Positions 1-8,996 of a DNA stretch of 63,673 bases are shown here, one piece after another. Below the pieces are notes generated by a model. It worked only from the letters and a program-made list of their open reading frames with translations. It was not told the origin of the DNA and ran no database searches. Source of the DNA: a virus (taxonomy: Duplodnaviria; Caudoviricetes); IMG/VR virus record IMGVR_UViG_3300045970_000154, positions 1-63,673 of that record. The stretch is one strand, 5' to 3'. Position numbers and translations under genes: made by a program. Each line of letters begins with the position of its first letter. Position 1 is the stretch's first letter.

Positions 1-2
1 AT

Positions 3-998
3 CCACCTGTAGTTTCTGCTTGTGTTGAAGTCGAACTTGCCGTCAACAAAGCTAGAGATGTTGTATGCGTTGTCCCATGCTTGGCTACCACGAGACGTGT
101 AGTAAATCTGCGGCTTGCAGCAGCAGCCTGTCTCGAAGTAAGTCGTACCGTTCATCGAGTACGTTCCTTCTTTGTGGGTGTGACCCTGGCAGTACATGGT
201 AGCGTTAACGCCCAGCTTCTCGACAATCTTGGAAGCGTTGATGATGGTACGCATAGGAAGGATGGTGAAGCTATCGTGGTGAAGATAGACTGCATCCTTG
301 ATCTGTACCCACCACTTGCAGGGGTAGAGTACGTTCTTGAACTTGTCGCTCATGATCTCAAGAAGGTCGTCTTTAACCAGAAACTTCATGGACTCATATT
401 GGGGGATGACACGATTGCAGAAGGACTTGAGGCGTCTGTCGTGGTTGCCAGAGACAAGCACAACATAGCTGAACTTCTTGGAGAGCCATGCGCAGAGCTG
501 CTCGAACTGACCAAGCTCTTCTTCCGGGGAGATGTGACAGTTCTTCGCAAACTTGCTGAAGGTGTCCTGGTGCATGATGTCGCCGTTGAGCAACACGATT
601 TCGACACCCTCACTCAGGGCATGTTCAACAGCGTGGTTGATCTGCTCGATGTCAGCGTAGGGAAGTTCGATATCCGACAGGCTGAGTATCTTGAAGTCAT
701 GCAGACCTGAGAATATAGCGTCAATGTCAAGCTGGGCCTGCTCTGCCTTGTACATGTCGTAATAGAGAGCGTCATCATCGAGGGAGGTGTTCAGGGTGAG
801 CTTGGTGTTCTTGGATACCTTGTCAGCTTTATAGGCTGACTTGGCTTCTTCCCAGGAGCCGAACTCGCGGGTGAAGGGGGAATCAGAGACGCTGAAGGTG
901 TTACGCATATCTCGTCGGGTGGGCAGTGTTCCGTTGTTATCTTTGGCAAACTGGTCAATCAAATCCAACAACAACTTCCTAGAATAAACTTGAGTCAA
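3..998 (-). CDS. Calcineurin-like metallophosphoesterase with N-terminal helical domain (3' end runs off window)
   Basis: Missing from the ORF track because it has no stop in the window. Manual translation from TTG at 998 (AAGGA RBS upstream) gives MTQVYSRKLLLDLIDQF...SLSDIELP...LNGDIMH...SGNHDRR...QGHTHK, the metallophosphoesterase motif series. Confidence 0.8.
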   Translation of the reverse strand, partial: MTQVYSRKLLLDLIDQFAKDNNGTLPTRRDMRNTFSVSDSPFTREFGSWEEAKSAYKADKVSKNTKLTLNTSLDDDALYYDMYKAEQAQLDIDAIFSGLHDFKILSLSDIELPYADIEQINHAVEHALSEGVEIVLLNGDIMHQDTFSKFAKNCHISPEEELGQFEQLCAWLSKKFSYVVLVSGNHDRRLKSFCNRVIPQYESMKFLVKDDLLEIMSDKFKNVLYPCKWWVQIKDAVYLHHDSFTILPMRTIINASKIVEKLGVNATMYCQGHTHKEGTYSMNGTTYFETGCCCKPQIYYTSRGSQAWDNAYNISSFVDGKFDFNTSRNYRW

Positions 999-1029
999 CG
1001 TAGAGTCCTTTCTTGAATCATTATCAGGC

Positions 1030-1058
1030 ATTATACCATGAAAACCTGAAAGTGTCAA
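1030..1058 (-). promoter_or_regulatory. sigma70-type promoter TTGACA-17-TATAAT
   Basis: Perfect consensus on the - strand upstream of the phosphoesterase. Confidence 0.85.
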
Positions 1059-1085
1059 GTGCATAATTATGCAGTAGTGATTAGT

Positions 1086-1652
1086 TTACGACAAAGTTTG
1101 TCGGTACTTCCCGATGAAGTATGCGTCGGTTAGGTCGTACAGTGCCTTTTCTTGGTGGTCTTTGTTCTTCCTGAGACTCTCTGGGAATTCCCGAGTGTAC
1201 AAGTATCCTTCAAACTGTTTCCGAACACCGTCAGGAAGTTTAGCTACGCAGGCTTTCTTCAGCCCGTCCTTCTTATCTAGTTTTGCTTCTTTCTGCTCCT
1301 CTTTGGTGAGCAGCCAGGATCGCCAACTGGTTACTGGTATGATTCCGATTGGTACCGAAGGATAAAACCGGAACAGGTCGCAACGTAAATTCCAGAAGTT
1401 ACCTGCTATTACATCTTTAGAGGAGCTGAATGAGTTGAACGACAGCCCCTCGATTACAAACCCTCTAGTGGGTACGAACCCTGTGGTGTGTCTGCATGCA
1501 GAGATAAACTCAAGTATCTCATCTGAAATACCACATAGTAGATCTTCGTGAGTCTCTTCTGGGGTAATAAGGGTGAAGTCTTCTAGGGTCCCATTGGGAC
1601 CTAACGCACATACTCCGGTGCTTCTTAAGCTGAGGTCGATACTAATTATCAT
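1086..1652 (-). CDS. ruvC: RuvC-like Holliday junction resolvase
   Basis: IDLSLRSTG, VIEG and DLTDAYFIG acidic motifs of the RNase H fold; start moved to MIISID. Confidence 0.75.
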   Translation of the reverse strand: MIISIDLSLRSTGVCALGPNGTLEDFTLITPEETHEDLLCGISDEILEFISACRHTTGFVPTRGFVIEGLSFNSFSSSKDVIAGNFWNLRCDLFRFYPSVPIGIIPVTSWRSWLLTKEEQKEAKLDKKDGLKKACVAKLPDGVRKQFEGYLYTREFPESLRKNKDHQEKALYDLTDAYFIGKYRQTLS

Positions 1653-1837
1653 AACTCTGTGTATCCCCAGTCGGAGCACGCGAACGCTATATCACGCATA
1701 ACGTCATCTTTCTCGTTTTCAGTAAAGGCGTCCCACTCCTCGTCTGAGTACCCTAACTCTTCAAGGGAGTGGCTGATATTGTACCTACTAAATGCGTTCG
1801 CTCCACTGTCTAACCAAATCATAAATCTCTTAGCCAT
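1649..1837 (-). CDS. small acidic hypothetical phage protein
   Basis: 62 aa, overlaps both neighbours as in an operon. Confidence 0.6.
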   Translation of the reverse strand: MAKRFMIWLDSGANAFSRYNISHSLEELGYSDEEWDAFTENEKDDVMRDIAFACSDWGYTEL

Positions 1838-3410
1838 TATTTGCTTTCCACTCCAAGTATTTTTCTTTACGTGCTGCGTCTTCTACAAATCTCCAACTGC
1901 CATCCTCTCGTGCTTCCAAGTAGGTTCCTTGGAAGTGAACTCCTGCGGCGTTTAACATCTGCGGTTCCCAGCACTCTCGCCTCCGTTTAATAATCATGCC
2001 ACGGCTGGCTTCTATCCACTCCCCAATCTCATGCCTAGCAAAATGGTAGCGTAGATTGATTTCACAGGGAGCGCACAGTCCTTGCGTAGTGTGGGCGTTG
2101 TCTGCTGAACCACACAGAACACACTTCTCAAAGCGGATAGCAGAGAACCTTCTACGTCTAGGTCGCCACGGTAAGGTGTGCCATAGGATCTCCTTACCTA
2201 TGCCTATCAGATGCTCTCCTACTTTGATGTATACGAACTTCAATGGCTTGTTTCTGGTGTTGTGTATGTTGTTGAGTAGGGCTGAATTCCTACCCGAGAA
2301 GTTGTAGGTACAGTTGAAGAGGTGACCGTTGAACCATACCCTAAATCCAAGAGCTTCTCCACCCGCTATCCAGTAGTCCTCGATGATGCCCTGGGTAGTC
2401 CTAACGTCTACCGCAAAGGCTATGCCGGTCTTTGATGTGTTCTTATCACTGAGCACGACATAGGTTTCTTCGTTGTCCTCTACTACCTTCAGTATCTCTG
2501 GTAGCAACTCGGAACTCTTTTCTGCAAAGCCAACGTACGAAGACTTTATCTGAGTCAGGTAGTTGTCCTTTAAGAACTTTCGTAACTTCCCTACCCGCTC
2601 GGGGAAGGGCGGTACCGGAACTTTAAGGTCTCGGAGGTGGCTGTGATACTGCTTGAGACTGTCAAAGTAATCTACCGGATAGAAGAGCTGTGTCTCTACT
2701 ACCTGCTTGTTTCTACACGCCTGGAGGATGTCTGCGTAGCCTACCAGGGTGTAGATCGGGGTGTTTATGTAGGGTCTATCCTTGAATATTGCGTCGGGAA
2801 CCTTGGTGAACTTTCCCTCTTGTAACTGAAACGATCTGTACCTACTCGCTTCCTTAACCGACACCGACAATGGAGCTACCGGAGTTGCGAGGCTGGTGAT
2901 AGCCACCGGATACTCCAGGTCGGTGAAGTCGGTCTTGAGCAGTTGGATAGGTCCGTAAACATCCCCAACTTCTATGCTGTCCAGGTCGAGCACTTTCTGC
3001 ACCTCAGTTAGAGGCAGCACCTTGATAAAGCTCTTAGACATAAGAGCCATGTAGAAGTCGTAGTGCGACTTGTCGCACCGTAGCAAGAACTCTACTAAAG
3101 GTTTCTCTCTGCGTAATGTAATATTGAGTCGGTTGTAATGCTGAATCACCTTTAGAAAGTCGGTAAAGGCTACCTTATTGACCCCCTGTGGGGGCATGTT
3201 GTAGAACCGAGACTCATCAACTTTGTTAAACCGGAAGTTAAATACACAGAACCAAACCGAAAAGGTCAACAGCCATGTTGCCTCTTCCGATAATCCAGGT
3301 ACAAGAAAGGAGAAACGCTTCCGTTTCTCCTTCCAGTATACTGTTTCGCTGAGTTCTGTGTGAGCTGCTATAACTTCTTGGATGTGCTCCTCGGTTATGT
3401 CAGGAAGCAT
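1830..3410 (-). CDS. degenerate ATP-dependent DNA ligase paralog with C-terminal Zn finger
   Basis: Colinear similarity to the ligase at 10167-11546 (LSET, DLEYPV, DYF[DE]S) but no KxDG; CVLC...GLCAPC near the C-terminus. Confidence 0.55.
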   Translation of the reverse strand: MLPDITEEHIQEVIAAHTELSETVYWKEKRKRFSFLVPGLSEEATWLLTFSVWFCVFNFRFNKVDESRFYNMPPQGVNKVAFTDFLKVIQHYNRLNITLRREKPLVEFLLRCDKSHYDFYMALMSKSFIKVLPLTEVQKVLDLDSIEVGDVYGPIQLLKTDFTDLEYPVAITSLATPVAPLSVSVKEASRYRSFQLQEGKFTKVPDAIFKDRPYINTPIYTLVGYADILQACRNKQVVETQLFYPVDYFDSLKQYHSHLRDLKVPVPPFPERVGKLRKFLKDNYLTQIKSSYVGFAEKSSELLPEILKVVEDNEETYVVLSDKNTSKTGIAFAVDVRTTQGIIEDYWIAGGEALGFRVWFNGHLFNCTYNFSGRNSALLNNIHNTRNKPLKFVYIKVGEHLIGIGKEILWHTLPWRPRRRRFSAIRFEKCVLCGSADNAHTTQGLCAPCEINLRYHFARHEIGEWIEASRGMIIKRRRECWEPQMLNAAGVHFQGTYLEAREDGSWRFVEDAARKEKYLEWKANNG

Positions 3411-3826
3411 GGCCAGCCGCCCCTGAGTGTGTCTCGGTATGTGTTGGTTACGGTTAGTTCTGCTAGAGCTAATGCTGCAAACTTATCTGCTTCGGTTTCT
3501 AGCTCGTCTTCTGTCTCGACAGTTATCACCTTACCCTGCGCCATGAATTGATTGCAGTGCCAGTACTCATGGGCCATAGTCCTGAGGATGTGGGCGATAT
3601 GTATCTGGCGGGTAGCCATGTACACCAGAGCCTCGTCCTTCTTTACCGCGCAGTATCCTCCTGCGGTTATGGATACTCCCTTCTTGGTCTGAAAAGGGAA
3701 CCCCGGAAGGGGCATGAAGATGTACTTCAATAGACCCACAACAGGAATAGGGTGGGAGTCTTTAAGGTGCCGGAACATGAGCTGCACTCGTGGATCTTTA
3801 GGCATCGCCTGGGATATTACTCTCAT
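3395..3826 (-). CDS. HExxH zinc metallopeptidase-like protein (ImmA/IrrE-like)
   Basis: MAHEYWHCNQ followed by a downstream E in ETEADKFA. Confidence 0.6.
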   Translation of the reverse strand: MRVISQAMPKDPRVQLMFRHLKDSHPIPVVGLLKYIFMPLPGFPFQTKKGVSITAGGYCAVKKDEALVYMATRQIHIAHILRTMAHEYWHCNQFMAQGKVITVETEDELETEADKFAALALAELTVTNTYRDTLRGGWPCFLT

Positions 3827-3834
3827 GTGACCTC

Positions 3835-5724
3835 CTATTGGGCTACAGACGCTGTTCCGTCTGGGTGCTTAGTGGCGTATATAACATTGTCATATACTTT
3901 GTCGAGAGCCAGCTTAGTATGCGCTATGGTGTAAATGCACTTGTCACGGTTTCGTAAATAGGACAGGACCCGAAACAGCCCTTCTTTGCCATCGTCATCG
4001 AGGGCAGAGAATACTTCATCCAGAGCAAGAACATTGAAACTGACTGCTCCTGCTATTTCCAACAACTCCAGAACAGAGAACAGACAGGCTAACTTCACCC
4101 TGGCCTTTTCTCCTTCTGACCAGCAGACGTACGGTATGGTCTTGTTAGCATCGGTAACGGTGAAGTCGATCTCTCCATCAGTGGTGAAGAAGGAGCAGGC
4201 AATACGACCGTTACTAATCATATCAGCATACTTACGCATTGTCAAGTTGAGGCGGCGTAGGAAGCTATCCATCTTATGTACTCGGTACCCCTTGGCACCA
4301 AGTATGCCACCCCACAGTTTCAACAGGTCAAGCCTTGCTTCGGCTTCTTCAAGCTGGAGCTTAGCAGCTACGAGCTGGTCAGATATCCTAGCATTAGTTT
4401 CAAGTTTCTGAGCGTTGACAGCTACCCTAGCTCGTTGCAGAGCGTTGAATTCAGTTGCGTCCTTCAGAGCCTTGGTTACAGATGCCAGTTCAGCCTCGAT
4501 GCGTTTTAGTTCTGCTGCCTGCTCGCTATACTCTCGAAGCAGGTTGGTGTGTCTGGTGGTGCATGCCTCGATGTTTACGTTACAGGTTGATTCTCCTTTC
4601 AGTTTAGATAGTTCCCTATTGAGATTTCCGTACTTGACCCACTCTGCTAGGTCTTCTGACAACTGAGCCTTATTATCTATTGCTTCTGATTGTGCTGCTT
4701 CCAAAACCACACGCTGCTGCTCTAGGCTATGCAGCAGCTCCGAGAAGTGACCGTACTGAACACCTTGGGAGCAGGTAGGACAGACCCCTCTTTTCATAGC
4801 TTCGTTAAGCGTCTTCAGTTCACCCTCAACCGACTTTAGTTCGGTCTGTTTCTTTACTACTTCCGACTTCCAAAAGCTCAGCTTGTCTTCTACTTCTTTT
4901 AGCGAAAGAGCTGGGAGAACGAAGCGATTAATTCCTTCGCGCAATGCCTCCCTCTTATCCCTCGCCATCTTGTCTTCGTAGTATTCTTCCATAGAAGACT
5001 CTGCTGACTTGATCTCGTTCTTGATCTGAGCCTGTATCCTAATTGACTCATCTCTTCTAGCACCCTCACCAGAGACCAGACGTTCCAGAAGCACTGTCGG
5101 CTTCTCTTCCTGGGCCTCTTCAATAGTTTCCGAGAAGCTGGCAGACAGGTTGCTGACTTGTTGGTTGAGGGTATCAATCACCCCTCTCTTACCGGTCAAG
5201 GCTTTCTCCTGGGCCTTGAGTCGGTCCAGGTGATAGTCGAGTTCGTCCATTCGCAGTATGCGATTAACGAATGCTTTGCGGCTGTTGTCGGTGGATACTT
5301 CCAACAGGTTGATGGAACTCTTTGGGGACTGGTAGGTTAAGTCTACGAACAGTGCGTAGTCGCAACCTACAATATCCTCGATGAGTTTAAGATTGTCGGT
5401 AATTTTCTTCACATGTATGGGCCTATCGTTGCGAAATATACCGATAGTCCCTGTTTTCCTAGAGTTTAAGATGCGAAACTTGTCGTGTCCTTTAGTGAAC
5501 CAAATCTCAATCTCGTACGGACGCATAGTAATGCTGTTGTTAACTTCCTCCAGCTTGGCACCTTTAGGGTTACGATTATATAATCCTTGGCATAAGGTTA
5601 AGAAGATAGAGGTCTTTGATGCACCGTTTACACCCTCAATGGAGTTGATGCCAGTTACGAAATCGAACTCCTGAACAACATAAGCGAAGCAGTCTCGGGC
5701 TACCAACTTGGTGAAGTTAATCAT
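3835..5724 (-). CDS. SbcC/Rad50-like recombination ATPase (T5 D13 / T4 gp46-like)
   Basis: Walker A variant GVNGASKTS, coiled coil with CPTC hook, signature WSEGEK, Walker B/D-loop LALDEVFSALD. Confidence 0.9.
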   Translation of the reverse strand: MINFTKLVARDCFAYVVQEFDFVTGINSIEGVNGASKTSIFLTLCQGLYNRNPKGAKLEEVNNSITMRPYEIEIWFTKGHDKFRILNSRKTGTIGIFRNDRPIHVKKITDNLKLIEDIVGCDYALFVDLTYQSPKSSINLLEVSTDNSRKAFVNRILRMDELDYHLDRLKAQEKALTGKRGVIDTLNQQVSNLSASFSETIEEAQEEKPTVLLERLVSGEGARRDESIRIQAQIKNEIKSAESSMEEYYEDKMARDKREALREGINRFVLPALSLKEVEDKLSFWKSEVVKKQTELKSVEGELKTLNEAMKRGVCPTCSQGVQYGHFSELLHSLEQQRVVLEAAQSEAIDNKAQLSEDLAEWVKYGNLNRELSKLKGESTCNVNIEACTTRHTNLLREYSEQAAELKRIEAELASVTKALKDATEFNALQRARVAVNAQKLETNARISDQLVAAKLQLEEAEARLDLLKLWGGILGAKGYRVHKMDSFLRRLNLTMRKYADMISNGRIACSFFTTDGEIDFTVTDANKTIPYVCWSEGEKARVKLACLFSVLELLEIAGAVSFNVLALDEVFSALDDDGKEGLFRVLSYLRNRDKCIYTIAHTKLALDKVYDNVIYATKHPDGTASVAQ

Positions 5725-5945
5725 TCAGACTTTTCCGGCAAGCGACCTACGTGTGCCAGTATAAACCCTACCTGGAGCATAACCCCGTAATTGATAGGTG
5801 CTCTAAGGTCAACGATAACCCAGTCATTAATGTACCCGAACCATCCCAGGGTAAAGTCAATCCCAAACATCCTACAGAATACAGTAACAGTTCGTTGCTG
5901 GGCATCTGCGTTTCCTCCTACGGCAAACCAATCTTTAAACGTCAT
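5721..5945 (-). CDS. hypothetical protein
   Basis: 74 aa, ATGA-coupled between the SbcD-like and SbcC-like genes. Confidence 0.55.
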   Translation of the reverse strand: MTFKDWFAVGGNADAQQRTVTVFCRMFGIDFTLGWFGYINDWVIVDLRAPINYGVMLQVGFILAHVGRLPEKSE

Positions 5946-6925
5946 TCACTCTCCTTGAATACATCAATCATTTTTGCGATCTTCTCTTCGGTAATTCCCA
6001 TCTCAATCATGTAGGCTATCAGGTCGGACTCTATAGTAAAATCTTCGGTTGGGGCTTCCTCTTCCATATCCGCGTAGCTGTCTTCGATTAACGGGATACG
6101 TTCTACGTTCACATTGGGTGCCGTTGAAGTGATGCTTCTCAGCTCTTCGGGAGTACCCTCAACAGACACCCGATAGAAGTGTTTGGTGTCACACTCTACA
6201 GGCCAGTCAGAAGCTTTTATGGTTAACTGCACTAAGTTGGGTAGGTCGGTGGGGATTCTAAGCACCTGTGTCTTCCCTTTGTTGACGGTCAGCAGTAGGT
6301 ATCCGCAGTCTGGAGCAGCCTCAAAGGAATGATTAAGGGGTGAGTTGGTGTACACCAGTTTGCCAGTAGAGAAGTCACTATGGATGTCTCCTGCTAGGCA
6401 TAAGTCAAACGGCTTGAGTAAGGATGCTACATCAATCTCTTCCTTGATGAATTTTGAAACTGTAGGTCTGAAGTGTGACAGCAGTATGTTGGTATGCCCA
6501 TCTTGTACAGGAAGCTGGTCTGCTTCGTGTAAGCAGCAGTGGCTGAGCATGTGCAGGTTAGTTGCTTCTCCCTGCAAACTGAAAGAGAGTCGGTTGCTGT
6601 AGATGATCTTGCTGAGCAAAGCAGGCTTAAGGTAGTCAAAGGTACACTTACCTTTCTCAGTAGTCTCGTGGTTGCCGCCTATGAGGTAGATTTGGATGCC
6701 TGCGTCATCAATGGTAGTGATGAAGTCCCAAAGTATTTCTTGCTCCAATAGGGACGGTTCCGCTTTTTCAAGTAGGTCTCCAAGAATCAGTAGCGGAGCT
6801 AATTGCTGCTTGCATTTATCTATTAGAACTTCCGCTAAGAGTTTGTAGCGATTTTGCTGCCACTGTAGAGGAATATTCTTCTTTACCTGTAGGTGGATGT
6901 CTGCGGTAACTACGAACTTTTTCAA
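5942..6925 (-). CDS. SbcD/Mre11-like nuclease (T5 D12 / T4 gp47-like)
   Basis: ADIHL, LGDL, GGNHE and AGDIH motifs; next to the SbcC-like gene. Confidence 0.9.
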   Translation of the reverse strand: MKKFVVTADIHLQVKKNIPLQWQQNRYKLLAEVLIDKCKQQLAPLLILGDLLEKAEPSLLEQEILWDFITTIDDAGIQIYLIGGNHETTEKGKCTFDYLKPALLSKIIYSNRLSFSLQGEATNLHMLSHCCLHEADQLPVQDGHTNILLSHFRPTVSKFIKEEIDVASLLKPFDLCLAGDIHSDFSTGKLVYTNSPLNHSFEAAPDCGYLLLTVNKGKTQVLRIPTDLPNLVQLTIKASDWPVECDTKHFYRVSVEGTPEELRSITSTAPNVNVERIPLIEDSYADMEEEAPTEDFTIESDLIAYMIEMGITEEKIAKMIDVFKESE

Positions 6926-6973
6926 ATAGACCTCGATAGAGGAGGCAGTGTTACCTGCCTCCTCATCAGTTAA

Positions 6974-7156
6974 TTAGCAGGGTTTTTTCTTATCGCCACA
7001 GGCTTTTTTCTTCGGCGGGAAGGGAGGAGGAGCTGCCGGTGCTGCGGGAGCAGCAGGATCTACCGGCTTCTTCGGTGGAAACGGCGGGGTACCTGTAGTT
7101 GCTTTCTTTTTTGCCGGATCACCACATGCTTTCTTTTTCGGTTCAGCACAAGCCAT
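6974..7156 (-). CDS. 60-aa Lys/Pro/Ala-rich basic protein
   Basis: AGGAG RBS before MACAEPKKK; internal repeats KKKACGD and PPFPPKK. Confidence 0.55.
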   Translation of the reverse strand: MACAEPKKKACGDPAKKKATTGTPPFPPKKPVDPAAPAAPAAPPPFPPKKKACGDKKKPC

Positions 7157-7157
7157 T

Positions 7158-7400
7158 TTAAACTCCTTTTCTTGGTTGCTCTGACGATCTTCTGTCAGGG
7201 ATGGGGATTGATTTTGCGTACCTTCGCCGGTCAATGAACCTACCGGTTCTCTTGTACGCATCCTCTCTCAGAAGTGGTAGATAGAATAATGAGAAGTACA
7301 AGATACCTGCCACTATAACGCTGACACTAAGAACCACGATAAGAGAGATTAATGCCACCGTAGGTAATGAGATACTCGTGTACCCTCCCATAATACTCAC
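7158..7400 (-). CDS. small membrane protein
   Basis: One long hydrophobic segment followed by a basic tail. Confidence 0.5.
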   Translation of the reverse strand: MSIMGGYTSISLPTVALISLIVVLSVSVIVAGILYFSLFYLPLLREDAYKRTGRFIDRRRYAKSIPIPDRRSSEQPRKGV

Positions 7401-7409
7401 AAGTAACCT

Positions 7410-7616
7410 TTAGCCGAAGATGCCCTTCAGCTTGTTGATTGTTGCGTTGGCTTTTATAACGTCTGCTTCTAACCCAGACTTTACTACCTGTGTCTTGGTA
7501 ATAACCAAGTCGAAGTCGGATATCTTTTTAACTTGGCTTTCTGCATGTTTCTCAAGGTTTCCGATCAGGCTGGTGAAGTCTTTGAGGATAGTATCTGTAG
7601 TCTTTGTAACAAACAT
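7410..7616 (-). CDS. small coiled-coil protein
   Basis: 68 aa with heptad pattern. Confidence 0.55.
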   Translation of the reverse strand: MFVTKTTDTILKDFTSLIGNLEKHAESQVKKISDFDLVITKTQVVKSGLEADVIKANATINKLKGIFG

Positions 7617-7648
7617 TAGGTGACCTTTCTGGGGTAGTTGAGAGTTGG

Positions 7649-7675
7649 AGAAAGGGGACTACTAAGTAGTCCCCT
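7649..7675 (-). terminator. intrinsic terminator
   Basis: AGGGGACTAC-TTA-GTAGTCCCCT hairpin followed by TTCT after the SSB-like gene. Confidence 0.6.
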
Positions 7676-7686
7676 GAGTGTAGCTA

Positions 7687-8547
7687 CTAGAATTTGATAT
7701 CAGAATCGTTATCGAAATCCCTACCACGGTTAGACGTTCCGCCTTCAACTCCCAGCACTTCAATCTCTGGGCTGTAGGCTACCTGCTTCTGAGCTGCTGC
7801 CTGAAGCTTGTAGTCTTCAAGACCTTTAGTGGTCAGTTTAGCCGTAGCGAAGTTCTCCAGACGAGCAGGAAGCGGATAGGGACGAGCCGTATCCAGGAAA
7901 GGGTAGATTTCGTAGTAGTCTACTGCTCCGTGCGTCTTCTCTTTCGTATTCAGCACAGTGGGGAAGAAGAACAGCGGGTTGGCTCCTGCTGCGTCCAGGT
8001 ACTCTTTGAAGGGCATGTAGCTAGCACCCTTAACGTACATGAGGCACTGGTCTTTATCCTTGCCGATCTCCAGGTAGACAATGAACTGACAAGAGCACTT
8101 CTCTTTCTTGTCCAGGTCTTTCTGGCGTCTCGGACACTTTCCACTGTTGCACTCGAATTTGAGGGTGTTGCCGACTGCTTTTTCATTGCGATCAACAATG
8201 ATCTGTGATGAGCAGCGTTTCTCTTTTGAGTCATTGTAGTACGAGTACTGCGTAGCTACCTTCAGGACTGTAATCTCAGGGTTAGCCCCGAAATCCTTAC
8301 CGATAAAGTTACAGGTCTTGACGCTATCCACAATCTTAATGTCCTGCCCCATAACGAAGTTGCCGACATCTACTTTGTTGCCGTCAACGTCCTTCTTCCC
8401 GTAGTAGTTGATCTTGAGGACGGGGGCTTTCTCGTGGCTAGCGTTGTTCGATTGTCCGGTAAGAGCCAGCATTTCTGCGACTTGTTCGGGTGAGAGTCCT
8501 GCGTAGATGTCTTCGATAGCTGCGGTCTTGCTTGTATCTTTTGCCAT
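7687..8547 (-). CDS. putative ssDNA-binding protein (position of T5 D11)
   Basis: Acidic tail ending in Phe (DFDNDSDIKF); upstream of sbcD/sbcC-like genes. Confidence 0.5.
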   Translation of the reverse strand: MAKDTSKTAAIEDIYAGLSPEQVAEMLALTGQSNNASHEKAPVLKINYYGKKDVDGNKVDVGNFVMGQDIKIVDSVKTCNFIGKDFGANPEITVLKVATQYSYYNDSKEKRCSSQIIVDRNEKAVGNTLKFECNSGKCPRRQKDLDKKEKCSCQFIVYLEIGKDKDQCLMYVKGASYMPFKEYLDAAGANPLFFFPTVLNTKEKTHGAVDYYEIYPFLDTARPYPLPARLENFATAKLTTKGLEDYKLQAAAQKQVAYSPEIEVLGVEGGTSNRGRDFDNDSDIKF

Positions 8548-8725
8548 GCTTGGTGATGCTCCTTGAAAGTAAGAGTGAAAGAAATTGGTAAGATTGCTGA
8601 AAGGTGTTTCGTTCTCCTCCTTGGTGCGACATGTCGCACTTGATAATTTTCCAGTAGACTAGCTACCGGTCTACCAGCGGCTTCTGTATAACTTGCGTTA
8701 AGTATACAGATGTGAATATTTAACA

Positions 8726-8929
8726 TTACGCTACATTTATTGCCCAAACATTTTCTTTGTTGATGTATGCGTCACTGATTGCATACAGCACAGCAGTTCC
8801 GCTCTTGTCCCGAATCGGTGTCTTCTCGAAATCCGGTTCAAACATTCTGAATGTGTCGCCCTTCTTGAGATACTCAAAGTCGCACATTACCCACTCTGTT
8901 CCCTTTAATACTTCAACATGTCGATTCAT
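8726..8929 (-). CDS. hypothetical phage protein
   Basis: 67 aa directly downstream of a consensus promoter. Confidence 0.6.
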   Translation of the reverse strand: MNRHVEVLKGTEWVMCDFEYLKKGDTFRMFEPDFEKTPIRDKSGTAVLYAISDAYINKENVWAINVA

Positions 8930-8945
8930 TTATCACCTAAAACCC

Positions 8946-8974
8946 ATTATACCACAGAAACTAGATACTGTCAA
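8946..8974 (-). promoter_or_regulatory. sigma70-type promoter TTGACA-17-TATAAT
   Basis: Perfect consensus; TCACATCTGCATA box upstream of -35. Confidence 0.85.
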
Positions 8975-8996
8975 GTAAATAGTTATGCAGATGTGA

